This document shows, in pieces, positions 28,473-38,940 of a stretch of 64,000 nucleotides of DNA. Position 1 is the stretch's first letter. Every line of letters starts with the position of its first letter. The translations under genes were made by a program, and so were the position numbers. Source of the DNA: an uncultured Flavobacteriaceae bacterium (GTDB lineage Bacteria > Bacteroidota > Bacteroidia > Flavobacteriales > Flavobacteriaceae); contig CAJWXC010000001.1 of the NCBI GenBank assembly GCA_913048215.1, forward strand, positions 22,747 to 86,746, read 5' to 3'. The notes under the pieces were generated by a model. It was not told where the DNA came from. It did no database searches and saw only the letters and a program-made list of their open reading frames with translations.

Positions 28473-29677
28473 TGAAGATTACCATAGCCTCTATATACCA
28501 TTATCTATTTTTAGTATTGTGCTTTGTTGTTCCATTTCAAAAAATCTCCTCTGCATTGCCCAATATTATTTTAATTGGATTGGTGGTTTTGTTCCCGTTT
28601 GTTGTGGGTAAACAACATTTTAAAAGATTAATGAAACCCGAGGTATTTGTATATCTGGCCTTGGTCTTGTATCTAGTGATCAACATGCTCATCTTTCAAG
28701 AGCCTGGCAGAGAACTAAATATCGTTAAAAAAATAGCCACTCCAATAATAGTTGTATTGCTTTACACCCCAATTACAAATCTTGAGAGCATACAAAAGAC
28801 ATTTATTTTATCTTGTTTCACGGCAATTGTAATTAGCATCATACGCATTGCTTTGTTTGATTTTTCTGAAATTTCTTTCAGTTTTTCAAATGGAGCACTT
28901 GTAGATGAGTTGCTTATAATAGATAGATTATATCTAGGATTTATGTGCATTATAAGCATTGTAATTTCAGCACACCTACTTGAGAGTCAAGCAAACAAAT
29001 ATAGATCTCTACTAATTGTTAATATTTCTATCTCAATATTCTTTATACTACTGGCCTCGAGTAGAATCGCTGTTTTGCTATTACTAGTGCTTTTTTTGTT
29101 GAAAATTTTATATGCTAAAAAAAAGGTGCTTTATGGTCTTATTTTTATAGGTATAATGACAGTAACTGCAAGTGCTTTTGTTGTAAACAAAAATCTTGGA
29201 GAGCGTTTTTTTTACACACAAAGTCAAGCAAGTGGAAAAAGTTATTTTGAGCTATTAAAAAGCTGGGAGGCTAGAGTTGTTATTTGGGATTGCAGCTTTA
29301 AAATTTTAAGCAATCAAACTCCTATTTTGATAGGTAATGGATTTTATAATACAAAAGACAAGTTACTAGAGTGCTACAAAACAAGTATAGATAGAAAAGA
29401 AAAGAGAGCGTATTTTATCACTAAGGGGTTTAACCCTCACAATACATTCTTAGATTTCTTGCTCAGTTATGGAATTATTGCTTTTTCTCTTTTTGTAGTT
29501 CTTATGGGATTGTTTTTTAAACGGGGGAGATTTTCATACACCCAAAGTGCTTTGCTTGTCTCATTGATTGGTTTTTCATTGATTGAAAGTTACTTTCAAA
29601 GACAAATTGGCGCTTACTTTTTTGGATTTATTTTTATCCTATTGCTTTTTAAGGAGTATCTTCCTAAAAATAAATAA
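28472..29677 (+). CDS. O-antigen ligase (Wzy_C) family protein
   Basis: Polytopic; ASSRIA, RVVIW, IGNG, NPHNTFLD. Confidence 0.8.
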   Translation: MKITIASIYHYLFLVLCFVVPFQKISSALPNIILIGLVVLFPFVVGKQHFKRLMKPEVFVYLALVLYLVINMLIFQEPGRELNIVKKIATPIIVVLLYTPITNLESIQKTFILSCFTAIVISIIRIALFDFSEISFSFSNGALVDELLIIDRLYLGFMCIISIVISAHLLESQANKYRSLLIVNISISIFFILLASSRIAVLLLLVLFLLKILYAKKKVLYGLIFIGIMTVTASAFVVNKNLGERFFYTQSQASGKSYFELLKSWEARVVIWDCSFKILSNQTPILIGNGFYNTKDKLLECYKTSIDRKEKRAYFITKGFNPHNTFLDFLLSYGIIAFSLFVVLMGLFFKRGRFSYTQSALLVSLIGFSLIESYFQRQIGAYFFGFIFILLLFKEYLPKNK

Positions 29678-29736
29678 AAGGCGCTATTTTAGAGTTTATA
29701 AAACAAACTACATTACTAAAAAATTAACCTCTTAAT

Positions 29737-30870
29737 ATGGTTACAAAAACAAAAATCTTATTTATACTTCACGCCGTTGGGGGGGTTGGGGTTTGGCTTA
29801 GAATTATTCTTGCTGAACTTGACCCAAAACTCTTTGATTTTGTAATTATTCATGGAAAAACAGATACAGACACTGCATTTACAGATAAAAATGGCACCCA
29901 AGTTAAAACCTATACCACTACCATAGACAGAAATATAAACTTCTTTAAAGATTACAGAGCCATTAAAGATTGTATTGGGTTTGTAGACAAAGAAAACCCA
30001 GATGTTATTCATTGCCATAGCTCAAAGGCAGGTGTCATTGGTAAAATTGCAGGCGCCATTAAAAAAAAGCCTGTTTTGTATACTCCCCATGCCTATTCTT
30101 TTTTAAACACCGAAAGTATTTTAAAACAAAAAATATACCTTACACTAGAGCAATTGTTTTCTAAATTTAACAACAAAGTATTGGCGTGTTCTGTGTCAGA
30201 AAAAAATAGAGCCATCAAAGAAGTTGGGCATAAAAAAAAGAAGGTTCTTGTGTTTGAAAATGGCATTAAACCTATTCAAAAAACAGAGCGTTTAAGCATC
30301 AACAAAACGTGGCCAGAGACTTATATTTGTTCTGTTGCTAGACCCTCTTTTCAAAAAAATGTGGAGCTCACCATAGAGGTTATACGTCAAGTTAAAGAAC
30401 AAATTGCCTCCATTCATATTGTGATTATGGGTGTAGGATTTCATTCTCCTACTCTTGAAAAGGTCAAAAAACTCATTACCTTGTACCAGTTGGAAGAAAA
30501 TATAACTTTATTGCCCTGGACGGAGCGTGAAGATATTTTTCATATCATCAATAAGGCATCTCTTTATATATCCACAGCACGTTATGAGGGGCTTCCCTAT
30601 GCTGTGATTGAGGCTATGGCTCTAAAAAAATCTTTTGTGGTTACAGATGCAGACGGAAACAGAGATTTAATTGAAGATGGAGAGAATGGATACCTTATAG
30701 CCAATGAAAACAGCGCTCATTTTGCGACAAAAATAATAGCGCTTCTAGAGGAGGAACAAACCAGGAAAGTATTTGAAAACAAATCAATAGAAAAATTTAA
30801 CGCAAGATTCAATATTGAAAATACAATTCCCATTTTGGAACAACTATATTTAAAAGAAGCATTAAATTAA
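29737..30870 (+). CDS. Glycosyltransferase family 4
   Basis: HCHSSKAG, YTPH, RYEGLPYAVIEAMA. Confidence 0.92.
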   Translation: MVTKTKILFILHAVGGVGVWLRIILAELDPKLFDFVIIHGKTDTDTAFTDKNGTQVKTYTTTIDRNINFFKDYRAIKDCIGFVDKENPDVIHCHSSKAGVIGKIAGAIKKKPVLYTPHAYSFLNTESILKQKIYLTLEQLFSKFNNKVLACSVSEKNRAIKEVGHKKKKVLVFENGIKPIQKTERLSINKTWPETYICSVARPSFQKNVELTIEVIRQVKEQIASIHIVIMGVGFHSPTLEKVKKLITLYQLEENITLLPWTEREDIFHIINKASLYISTARYEGLPYAVIEAMALKKSFVVTDADGNRDLIEDGENGYLIANENSAHFATKIIALLEEEQTRKVFENKSIEKFNARFNIENTIPILEQLYLKEALN

Positions 30871-30916
30871 AATAGTATCTTTAGCCTAGAAAACAAAAGT
30901 TAAATCGTCAATTATT

Positions 30917-32140
30917 ATGAGAATTATACTTGCCTCCATATATCCTTTTGCGTTTATGCTATTGTTTTTCATCATCCCTTTTGATGAATATATCCGCGCT
31001 TTGCCCAATATTTTACTTATTATTCTTACCATTTCTTTTCCTGCTATCATTAAAAGAGAGCATTTTCAAAAAATAAAAAAAGTGCCCTTGTTTTTACTCT
31101 TACTCTTTTTTGGATATATGGTACTAAATAGCATTTTTTCTGGCAGGTTTGACACAGATCTTAGTATCCTAAAAAAAATCGCAATTGCCATTGGGCTCGT
31201 TATTTTATACCTGCCAATACAGTATGATAGAAAGGTTCAAAAAGCAGTCATTTTTTCATCCATAGCAGCCATTATTTTCTCTATCATCAGTATTGTATAC
31301 AGCGCCAACACCAATGCAAACTTTGAGTTTGGAGATAGTCGCATGATGATTGAGGCCTTACTTGTAGATAGATTATACCTTGGGCTTATAAGTGTGCTTA
31401 GTATTTTGTTTTGTTACCGCTCCATGCGCAAAATATACCATCCTCACAATGCCTATTACCTGGGCGCCATAGCTATAAATGTATTATTTATTGTATTGGT
31501 AGTGTCAAAAATTTCTGGTATTGTACTGTTTTGTTTGCTTTTAATTCGGCAAGCTTATGGAAATAAAAAAAGCATGCGTCTTTTAATTGCTACGGGGTTT
31601 ATAGGGCTTGTAATTGGAGGCTTGTTTTTTCTAAAGACTCAGCAACAAAAAAACACTGGTCCCGTTTCTTTTTCAACATTTTTAAATAAAAACTTTGGAG
31701 CCTCAAACACCTCTCAAACTAGACTCATAACCTGGAGATGTAGTCTAGATGTGCTCGAAAATAGCACCATAGGGTTTACTGGAATTGGTTTTAAAGCTAC
31801 CAAAGACAAGCTAGTGGAGTGTTACCAAACTACAATAAAGGACCCAGAAAAAAAGGAGGTGTTTACTTCTCAAAGGTATAATAGCCACAATCAGTTTTTA
31901 GATATTTTACTCAGCACGGGGTATGTGGGGCTATTTTTAATGTGCTTATTTTTAATTTGGAGCTTTATGAAAAATAAAGAGCACTTTTTTCAAACCGCTA
32001 TTCTAGGCACTTTTATTGCCTATGGTTTGGTAGAAAATATATTTCATCGTCAAATTGGAGTCTACTATGTAGGGCTTATACTTATTATTGTGTTGGCAAA
32101 CAGAACCTACGAGCAAATCGATGCGCCAAAACAGGTCTAA
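30917..32140 (+). CDS. O-antigen ligase (Wzy_C) family protein, paralog of 28472-29677
   Basis: VDRLYLG, RLITW, TGIGF, NSHNQFLD, RQIG motifs shared with the upstream copy. Confidence 0.8.
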   Translation: MRIILASIYPFAFMLLFFIIPFDEYIRALPNILLIILTISFPAIIKREHFQKIKKVPLFLLLLFFGYMVLNSIFSGRFDTDLSILKKIAIAIGLVILYLPIQYDRKVQKAVIFSSIAAIIFSIISIVYSANTNANFEFGDSRMMIEALLVDRLYLGLISVLSILFCYRSMRKIYHPHNAYYLGAIAINVLFIVLVVSKISGIVLFCLLLIRQAYGNKKSMRLLIATGFIGLVIGGLFFLKTQQQKNTGPVSFSTFLNKNFGASNTSQTRLITWRCSLDVLENSTIGFTGIGFKATKDKLVECYQTTIKDPEKKEVFTSQRYNSHNQFLDILLSTGYVGLFLMCLFLIWSFMKNKEHFFQTAILGTFIAYGLVENIFHRQIGVYYVGLILIIVLANRTYEQIDAPKQV

Positions 32141-32234
32141 AAACCTCGTAAAGTGTATTTTTGCAAGCCCGTGAGATGGGTAAAATCTTAAAAAAAATAA
32201 CAGTGTATTGTGCCAGTTGTAGAATAACATACTT

Positions 32235-33224
32235 ATGAAAAAAACAGTTTTAATTACAGGTGCAGCAGGGTTCTTAGGATCTCATTTATGTGATAAATTC
32301 ATCAAAGAGGGTTACAAGGTCATTGCCATGGATAACCTTATCACTGGGGACAAGCGTAATATAGAACATTTGTTTAAATTAGAAGATTTTGATTTCTACC
32401 ACCATGATGTTACAAAATTTGTTCATGTTGCTGGAGAGATAGATTATATATTACACTTTGCATCTCCTGCTAGCCCCATTGATTATTTAAAAATCCCAAT
32501 ACAAACACTTAAAGTTGGTTCACTGGGTACACACAATTTACTGGGTCTAGCTAAGGATAAGGGTGCAAGATTTATGATTGCATCCACCTCTGAGGTCTAT
32601 GGAGACCCTTTGGTACACCCTCAAAAGGAAACCTACTACGGAAATGTAAACACCATTGGCCCTCGTGGGGTGTATGATGAGGCAAAACGTTTTCAAGAAT
32701 CCATCACTATGGCCTATCATCGTTTTCATGGCATGGAAACCCGTATTGCTAGAATATTTAACACCTACGGACCTAGAATGCGCCTTAATGATGGGCGTGT
32801 TATTCCTGCATTTATTGGTCAAGCACTCAGGGGAGAAGATTTAACCGTATTTGGAGATGGTATGCAAACCAGAAGTTTTTGTTATGTTGATGATCAAGTA
32901 GATGGGCTCTACAAGCTTCTTTTAAGTGATTACAGCAACCCTGTTAACATCGGAAATCCACAAGAAATTACCATACTAGATTTTGCAAAGGAGATTATTA
33001 AATTAACGGGGACAAAGCAAAAAATAGTGTATAAAGATTTACCTAAAGATGATCCTCTTCAGCGAGAACCAGACATCACACTGGCCAAAGAACTTTTGGG
33101 GTGGGAACCAAAAATGTCTAGAGAGCAAGGAATGAAAATCACATTTGAGTATTTTAAAGGCCTGACAAAACAAGAGCTTTTTAAAAGTGAGCACAAAGAT
33201 TTTTCACAACACATAAAGTCTTAA
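32235..33224 (+). CDS. UDP-glucuronic acid decarboxylase (UDP-xylose synthase) family
   Basis: [44 protein letters not shown]. Confidence 0.93.
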   Translation: MKKTVLITGAAGFLGSHLCDKFIKEGYKVIAMDNLITGDKRNIEHLFKLEDFDFYHHDVTKFVHVAGEIDYILHFASPASPIDYLKIPIQTLKVGSLGTHNLLGLAKDKGARFMIASTSEVYGDPLVHPQKETYYGNVNTIGPRGVYDEAKRFQESITMAYHRFHGMETRIARIFNTYGPRMRLNDGRVIPAFIGQALRGEDLTVFGDGMQTRSFCYVDDQVDGLYKLLLSDYSNPVNIGNPQEITILDFAKEIIKLTGTKQKIVYKDLPKDDPLQREPDITLAKELLGWEPKMSREQGMKITFEYFKGLTKQELFKSEHKDFSQHIKS

Positions 33225-33229
33225 GATAT

Positions 33230-34585
33230 ATGATTTTTAAAAGAGGTAGATATTCGGGGTTTTTAAGGCCCATATCCTATGGCATTGATTTACTTGTAAT
33301 TCATGGTCTTGCCTTTTTCTTATTTCAAGAAAGCTCTGCGTTTACAAACTATGTATTTTATATGTCTATTGCTTGGATAAGCAGTTCTATAACCATTGGG
33401 TTTTATGAGATATATCGGTTTACCAGATTTAGTAATATTTTGTCTGTAGCCATCAAACAAGCCCTAGTATTTCTGCTTCTGGTCTTTGCTTTTTTTGGTT
33501 TTTACCCAGCCTTGCAAGAGCCCACTAGTGCTATTTTAAAATATGTAGTGGTAGTAATGGGAGCGGTATTTTTAATCAAGATTTCTATTTATTACCTGCT
33601 CAAGAAATACAGGCGTTTACTTGGCGGAAATCTAAGAAGAGTGGTTATTCTTGGTGACAATGACAAAACAAAAGAGCTGGAAAACTTCTTCACTAAAAAT
33701 GCTGAATACGGATATGCTCTAGTAAAAAGGTATGATGTACAGCACGATAAACAAACGCTCCTTGAAGCAATTTTCAAAGAAATATCTGACAGTAATGTAG
33801 ATGAAATATACGCCTCTGTCAACGCACTAAGTGATGCGTGTATGGCAAAAGTGATTGATTTTGCAGACAACAATTTAAAGGTTTTAAAATTTCTGCCAGA
33901 CAACAAAGAGATTTTTGGCAAAAAACTTGACTTTTCTTACTATGGATATTTACCTATTTTATCGCTAAGAAAAATACCAACAGATGAGCCCTTTAACAAA
34001 TTTATAAAGCGAGCTTTTGATATCTTTTTATCTTTATTTGTGATTGTTTTTATTGTCTCATGGTTAACTCCCATTCTAGGTATTTTTATAAAACTAGAGT
34101 CAAAAGGGCCTGTTTTTTTCAAGCAAAAAAGAAACGGTCTAGATTACAAAGAATTTTATTGTTATAAATTTAGGTCTATGACTCCTAGCCCAACTGCAGA
34201 TTTGCATCAAGCAACTAAAGGAGACACCAGAGTTACAAAAGTGGGGCGTTTAATTCGTAAAACTAGTATGGATGAACTACCTCAATTTATAAACGTACTC
34301 AAGGGAGATATGTCTGTGGTGGGACCAAGACCTCATATGGTTAGCCATACCCATATGTATGCAGAGAAAATAGATAAGTTTATGGTACGCCACTTCGTAA
34401 AGCCTGGCATTACTGGTTTAGCGCAAGTCAGTGGGTATAGAGGAGAAGTTGAGACAGACTCAGATATTATAAACAGAGTAAAGTGTGATATTTTTTATCT
34501 AGAAAACTGGTCTATTATTTTAGATCTTAAAATTGTCTTTAAGACTGTTTATAATGCCGTTAGAGGAGAAGAAAAAGCCTACTAA
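33230..34585 (+). CDS. Undecaprenyl-phosphate glucose phosphotransferase (WcaJ-like initiating GT)
   Basis: KRAFD, YKFRSM, RKTSMDELPQF, GDMSVVGPRP, KPGITGLAQV. Confidence 0.92.
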   Translation: MIFKRGRYSGFLRPISYGIDLLVIHGLAFFLFQESSAFTNYVFYMSIAWISSSITIGFYEIYRFTRFSNILSVAIKQALVFLLLVFAFFGFYPALQEPTSAILKYVVVVMGAVFLIKISIYYLLKKYRRLLGGNLRRVVILGDNDKTKELENFFTKNAEYGYALVKRYDVQHDKQTLLEAIFKEISDSNVDEIYASVNALSDACMAKVIDFADNNLKVLKFLPDNKEIFGKKLDFSYYGYLPILSLRKIPTDEPFNKFIKRAFDIFLSLFVIVFIVSWLTPILGIFIKLESKGPVFFKQKRNGLDYKEFYCYKFRSMTPSPTADLHQATKGDTRVTKVGRLIRKTSMDELPQFINVLKGDMSVVGPRPHMVSHTHMYAEKIDKFMVRHFVKPGITGLAQVSGYRGEVETDSDIINRVKCDIFYLENWSIILDLKIVFKTVYNAVRGEEKAY

Positions 34586-34667
34586 ATTTATTTTGTTTCC
34601 CATCTCTTTGTTGCAAAACAACTATTACATCTGTTTACAAACGGCTAATAATTACTATCTTTAACCT

Positions 34668-35024
34668 ATGGAGAAATCATGTCCAGAGTGTGGGGGTAAA
34701 ATTATGGGGCGCGCAGATAAAAAATTCTGCAGTGATGGCTGCCGCAACACTCACAATAACACTTTAAATAAAGATAGTAGCAATCTAGTTAGAAATATAA
34801 ACAACCGATTGCGAAAAAATTACCGCACGTTAAAAACCCTAAATACCAAAAACAAGACCAAGGTAAAGAGAGAAACACTTGTAAAGCACCAATTTAACTT
34901 TAAATACTATACCTCAGAGTATGTAACAAAAACAGGGTCTGTTTATCGTTATGTGTATGATCAGGGATATTTAGAGCTTGAAAATGACTGGTTTTTACTG
35001 GTAAAGGATGACAGTGGCGTTTAA
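34668..35024 (+). CDS. Small Zn-ribbon protein (DUF2116-like)
   Basis: CPECG...GRADKKFCSDGCR and INNRLRKNYR. Confidence 0.8.
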   Translation: MEKSCPECGGKIMGRADKKFCSDGCRNTHNNTLNKDSSNLVRNINNRLRKNYRTLKTLNTKNKTKVKRETLVKHQFNFKYYTSEYVTKTGSVYRYVYDQGYLELENDWFLLVKDDSGV

Positions 35025-35074
35025 TTTGTGCTCTTAGCTTGCTTTTACATTAATTTTTTAAACACCCAAATACC

Positions 35075-37417
35075 ATGAAATACTTTAGTGGGGTTGCATC
35101 GTTTGTTTTTATCCTCTTTTTGGTTTGGTTAAGCTTTGATAGCCTACTGCCTTCAGAAGCTGCTTCGATAAATGCACCAGCCACAGAATTTTCTGCTCAG
35201 CGCGCATTGATCCCGCTGCAAGAAATTGCAAAGGCGCCACATTACCATGGCACAAAGGAGCATACTCGTGTTGGCTATTTTATTATCTCTGAGCTTGAAA
35301 AACTGGGGCTAGAAACACAGCTGCAAGAAGCCTTTATTTTAAGTAACAATAATAAAAGATTGGTTAAACCAAAAAATATTGTTGCCAGATTAAAGGGTAC
35401 AGGAAAAGGGAAGTCTTTGGTGTTATTATCTCATTATGATAGCGCACTAGTGCCCTCTTTTGGAGCAAGTGATGCAGGAAGCGGTGTGGTAACTATCCTA
35501 GAGAGTTTACGAGCCTATAATGCCCGAGGAGAAAAACCTATCAATGATATTATTGTTGTTTTTACAGATGCAGAAGAGATTGGTTTGGTTGGGGCATCAC
35601 TGTTTGTAGAAAAACACCCTTGGGCAAAAAATGTGGGCCTTGTACTTAACTTTGAAGCTAGAGGCAGTGGTGGACCTAGCAACATGATTGTAGAAACCAA
35701 TGGAGGAAATACCAATCTTATTAAAGCCTTTGCCGCAGCAGATGTTTGTTATCCTGTAGCATCCTCATTAATGTATAGTGTTTATAAAATGCTTCCTAAT
35801 GATACAGACTCTACCATTTTTAGAGAAGATGGTGATATAGAAAGTATGTTTTTTGCCTTTATCGATGATCACTATGACTACCACACTGCCAATGATACGG
35901 TAGAAAACCTAGACATAGAAACCTTGCAACATCAAGGAAGCTATCTGCTCCCGCTGCTGCACTATTTTGCAGTATCAGATCTAAGCTCCCTAAAGGCCGA
36001 GGATGATTTGGTATATGTAAATATGCCCTTAGTAACATTTATTTACTATCCATTTTCTTGGATATTACCGATGTTATGTCTTGCCTTTGTTTTATTTTTT
36101 ATAATAGTAGGGTATGGATTCTCAAAACACAAGTTAAATCTCAGTGGTGTATTAAAAGGGTTTTTCCCTCTGTTACTGTCTCTTACAATTTGTGGAATCC
36201 TTGGGTTTTTTGGTTGGAAATTTCTCACTAACATATACCCACAATACCAAGAGGTACAGCATGGGTTTAAATATAATGGGCATGCCTATATTGGGTTTTT
36301 TGTAAGTCTTTGTTTGGCTATTTTATTTAGGATGTACAGCTATTTTGGAAAACGAAATAGTGTGGTTAATCTAGTAGCGGCACCCCTTTTTTTATGGCTA
36401 GTAGTTAATGTGCTTGTATTTGTATTTTTAAAGGGTGCAGCCTTTTTTATAATTCCCGTATTTTTTGGACTCCTTAGCTGGTTTTTACTCTTGAGGTTTG
36501 AAACTCCACGTTTGGTTGTCATGGCACTATTGGGGGCTCCTGGTGTGTTTATATTTGCACCCCTTATACAGTTTTTTCCCGTCGGATTAGGATCAGATCA
36601 TATAGTGATAAGTTGTGTGTTTACAGTTCTATTGTTTGGATTATTGCTGCCCGCTTTTGGATTTTATAAACTTAAAAAAGTGTTGTCCTATTTGTTTTTT
36701 GCCCTGGCCGTAGTATTTTTTATCGTGGCACATACCCAAAGTTCTTTTTCACAGATACGCCAAAAGCCAAATAGTTTATCTTACTATAACAATATTGACA
36801 CCAAAGAAGCTTACTGGGTTAGTTATGATAAAATATTGGACCCCTGGACAACGCAGTATTTAGGGAAAGACCCAAAACCAGCATCAGCGTATATAGAAAG
36901 TGCTGCAGGAAGTAAATACAACACAAGCTACAGCTTTGCTGCAAAGGCGCCTGTGGTGGCTATTCCAGAGTTTAAACTAACAATAAATCAAAATAGTACC
37001 TACAAGGGTATGAGAGAGGTTCGTTTTACCATAATTCCTCAAAGAGATGCTCATCAAATACGTCTATACACAGACAAGGAGGTTGTTTTTTCATCTATGC
37101 AATTTAATGGTGTCCCTGTCTCTACAAGTGATTCTTTAAAACAAGGACCATTAAACAGACCTACCGATGAATTATTGCGTTATTACATTGCAGATTCAGA
37201 CTCGCTTGAAGTGTCATATACCTTGCCAGAAAATGAGCCCTCACCCATATTTAAGGTGCTTGAATACGGTTTTGATTTAATGAGCAATCCACTACTTGAG
37301 ATACAGCCAAGAGCAAAAGACATGATGCCCAAACCCTTTATAAATACAGATGCTGTGATTAACAAAAAGTCTTTTAGCATTCAAAAAAAGGAGCAAGGAC
37401 AAAACACAATACAATAA
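35075..37417 (+). CDS. M28 family membrane metallopeptidase
   Basis: SHYDS, GASDAGSG, DAEEIGL, NFEARG, YHTAND, followed by multiple TM segments. Confidence 0.92.
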   Translation: MKYFSGVASFVFILFLVWLSFDSLLPSEAASINAPATEFSAQRALIPLQEIAKAPHYHGTKEHTRVGYFIISELEKLGLETQLQEAFILSNNNKRLVKPKNIVARLKGTGKGKSLVLLSHYDSALVPSFGASDAGSGVVTILESLRAYNARGEKPINDIIVVFTDAEEIGLVGASLFVEKHPWAKNVGLVLNFEARGSGGPSNMIVETNGGNTNLIKAFAAADVCYPVASSLMYSVYKMLPNDTDSTIFREDGDIESMFFAFIDDHYDYHTANDTVENLDIETLQHQGSYLLPLLHYFAVSDLSSLKAEDDLVYVNMPLVTFIYYPFSWILPMLCLAFVLFFIIVGYGFSKHKLNLSGVLKGFFPLLLSLTICGILGFFGWKFLTNIYPQYQEVQHGFKYNGHAYIGFFVSLCLAILFRMYSYFGKRNSVVNLVAAPLFLWLVVNVLVFVFLKGAAFFIIPVFFGLLSWFLLLRFETPRLVVMALLGAPGVFIFAPLIQFFPVGLGSDHIVISCVFTVLLFGLLLPAFGFYKLKKVLSYLFFALAVVFFIVAHTQSSFSQIRQKPNSLSYYNNIDTKEAYWVSYDKILDPWTTQYLGKDPKPASAYIESAAGSKYNTSYSFAAKAPVVAIPEFKLTINQNSTYKGMREVRFTIIPQRDAHQIRLYTDKEVVFSSMQFNGVPVSTSDSLKQGPLNRPTDELLRYYIADSDSLEVSYTLPENEPSPIFKVLEYGFDLMSNPLLEIQPRAKDMMPKPFINTDAVINKKSFSIQKKEQGQNTIQ

Positions 37418-37432
37418 TTTTAAATTTTCGAC

Positions 37433-38239
37433 TTGAAAAAAACAATTGCAATTGCGGGTTTGGGTTGGCTAGGAAAACCACTAGCCCAACACCTATCATT
37501 TTCAGGATATACTATAAAAGGCTCTGTGACCTCTCAAAGAAAAGCCACGGTCCTAAAGCAAAGTGGCATTGACACCTATGTAATAAATAGCACAGAGGAC
37601 GGCCTATACGGCGCTGCTCAAGGTTTTTTAAAACAGGTAGACACCCTAGTTATAATGATTCCTCCTGGACTTAGGGGAAATACCGGTGCAGATTATGTCT
37701 TAAAAATGTCTCACTTATTGTCTGAAATTTTAAAATCTAAAGTAGGCAACATTATATTTATAAGCAGCACTGCTGTGTATAGTGACGGCCAAGGTAAGGT
37801 CACAGAAAAACACGTGCCTTTACCAAAAACCCAGGCGGCAAAACAATTATTTCAAGTAGAACAATTATTTTTTAATGCTCCAGGTGTCTCCACTACTATC
37901 GTTCGTTTTGGAGGGCTAATAGGAGGGGCTAGACAACCCGTTAAATACCTTGCGGGCAGAATAGATCTAGAGGGAGGTACTGCGCCGGTAAACCTGATTC
38001 ACAAAAAAGATTGTATAGGCATTATTTCAAGTATTATAAAGCAGGATGCCTATGGGCATATCTTTAACGGAGTGCACCCAAATCACCCAAAGAAAAAAGA
38101 GTATTATTCTCAAAAAGCCAAAGAGTTGGATCTCGTTGCTCCTAAATTTACTAAACTAGAAGTTGACCCCCCAAGCAAACAAGTTGATTCTATAAATATA
38201 GAGGCTATTATTGGGTATCGTTTTAAAGAGATGATATGA
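37433..38239 (+). CDS. NAD(P)-binding atypical SDR/epimerase (YeeZ-like)
   Basis: GLGWLG, ISSTAVY, VRFGGL, VNLIH. Confidence 0.85.
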   Translation: MKKTIAIAGLGWLGKPLAQHLSFSGYTIKGSVTSQRKATVLKQSGIDTYVINSTEDGLYGAAQGFLKQVDTLVIMIPPGLRGNTGADYVLKMSHLLSEILKSKVGNIIFISSTAVYSDGQGKVTEKHVPLPKTQAAKQLFQVEQLFFNAPGVSTTIVRFGGLIGGARQPVKYLAGRIDLEGGTAPVNLIHKKDCIGIISSIIKQDAYGHIFNGVHPNHPKKKEYYSQKAKELDLVAPKFTKLEVDPPSKQVDSINIEAIIGYRFKEMI

Positions 38240-38241
38240 GA

Positions 38242-38829
38242 TTACTTGTTACCCAAAGGAGGAGTTTGCTCAGAGTATAATCTTTTTTTGAGCACTTCTT
38301 GTTCTTGAAGCTCGTTGTTTTTCACTGTATTGTCTTGCGTGTCTTTTTCAAATTTTTCATTGATTTGGATAATTAAATTTGCTGTTGCCAAATTCATCTG
38401 GGAGATAGCCTGCTGCATTGCAAGGGTGTCTAATCTACTTTTGTTGGCTACTTGCTTTACAATAGCCGCTCTGGTCTTAGTAACAATAACCCTTGCGTAA
38501 ATAGGCTGAGTGTTTAAGGTGTCAGGAATATTTTTTGTTAATGAATCCATCCTTGAAACAAGTATATTACTTCGTTGTTGAATTGTTTTTAGACTTGCTT
38601 GATTAATTGCCAAGACCTCTGTAATAAGATCATCAAAAACAGGCCATTGAGAAATGTAATTTTCAGAACTTTGAGAAAAATCTGGCAACATAGCATCTGG
38701 ATTACCAAATAATTTAATATCAGTAATTTGCTTTGTGTTTGTTGTAGCGACTGCTGGTTGGTTGTCTTTACAGCTCAAAACAACAAAGAAAATACAAATG
38801 CCAGAAAAATAAAGAAATGCTCGTATCAT
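38242..38829 (-). CDS. Hypothetical lipoprotein
   Basis: Lipobox VLSC followed by a helical domain; no recognised family. Confidence 0.75.
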   Translation of the reverse strand: MIRAFLYFSGICIFFVVLSCKDNQPAVATTNTKQITDIKLFGNPDAMLPDFSQSSENYISQWPVFDDLITEVLAINQASLKTIQQRSNILVSRMDSLTKNIPDTLNTQPIYARVIVTKTRAAIVKQVANKSRLDTLAMQQAISQMNLATANLIIQINEKFEKDTQDNTVKNNELQEQEVLKKRLYSEQTPPLGNK

Positions 38830-38940
38830 AAAACAATATAATTACAACAAATATACCTTTTCTCTCACAAAGGGCTGTTTTTGAGTGTGCTTTATAGTGG
38901 TAAATAGTGCTATATTTACATTAAAAAATGAACCTGTAGT

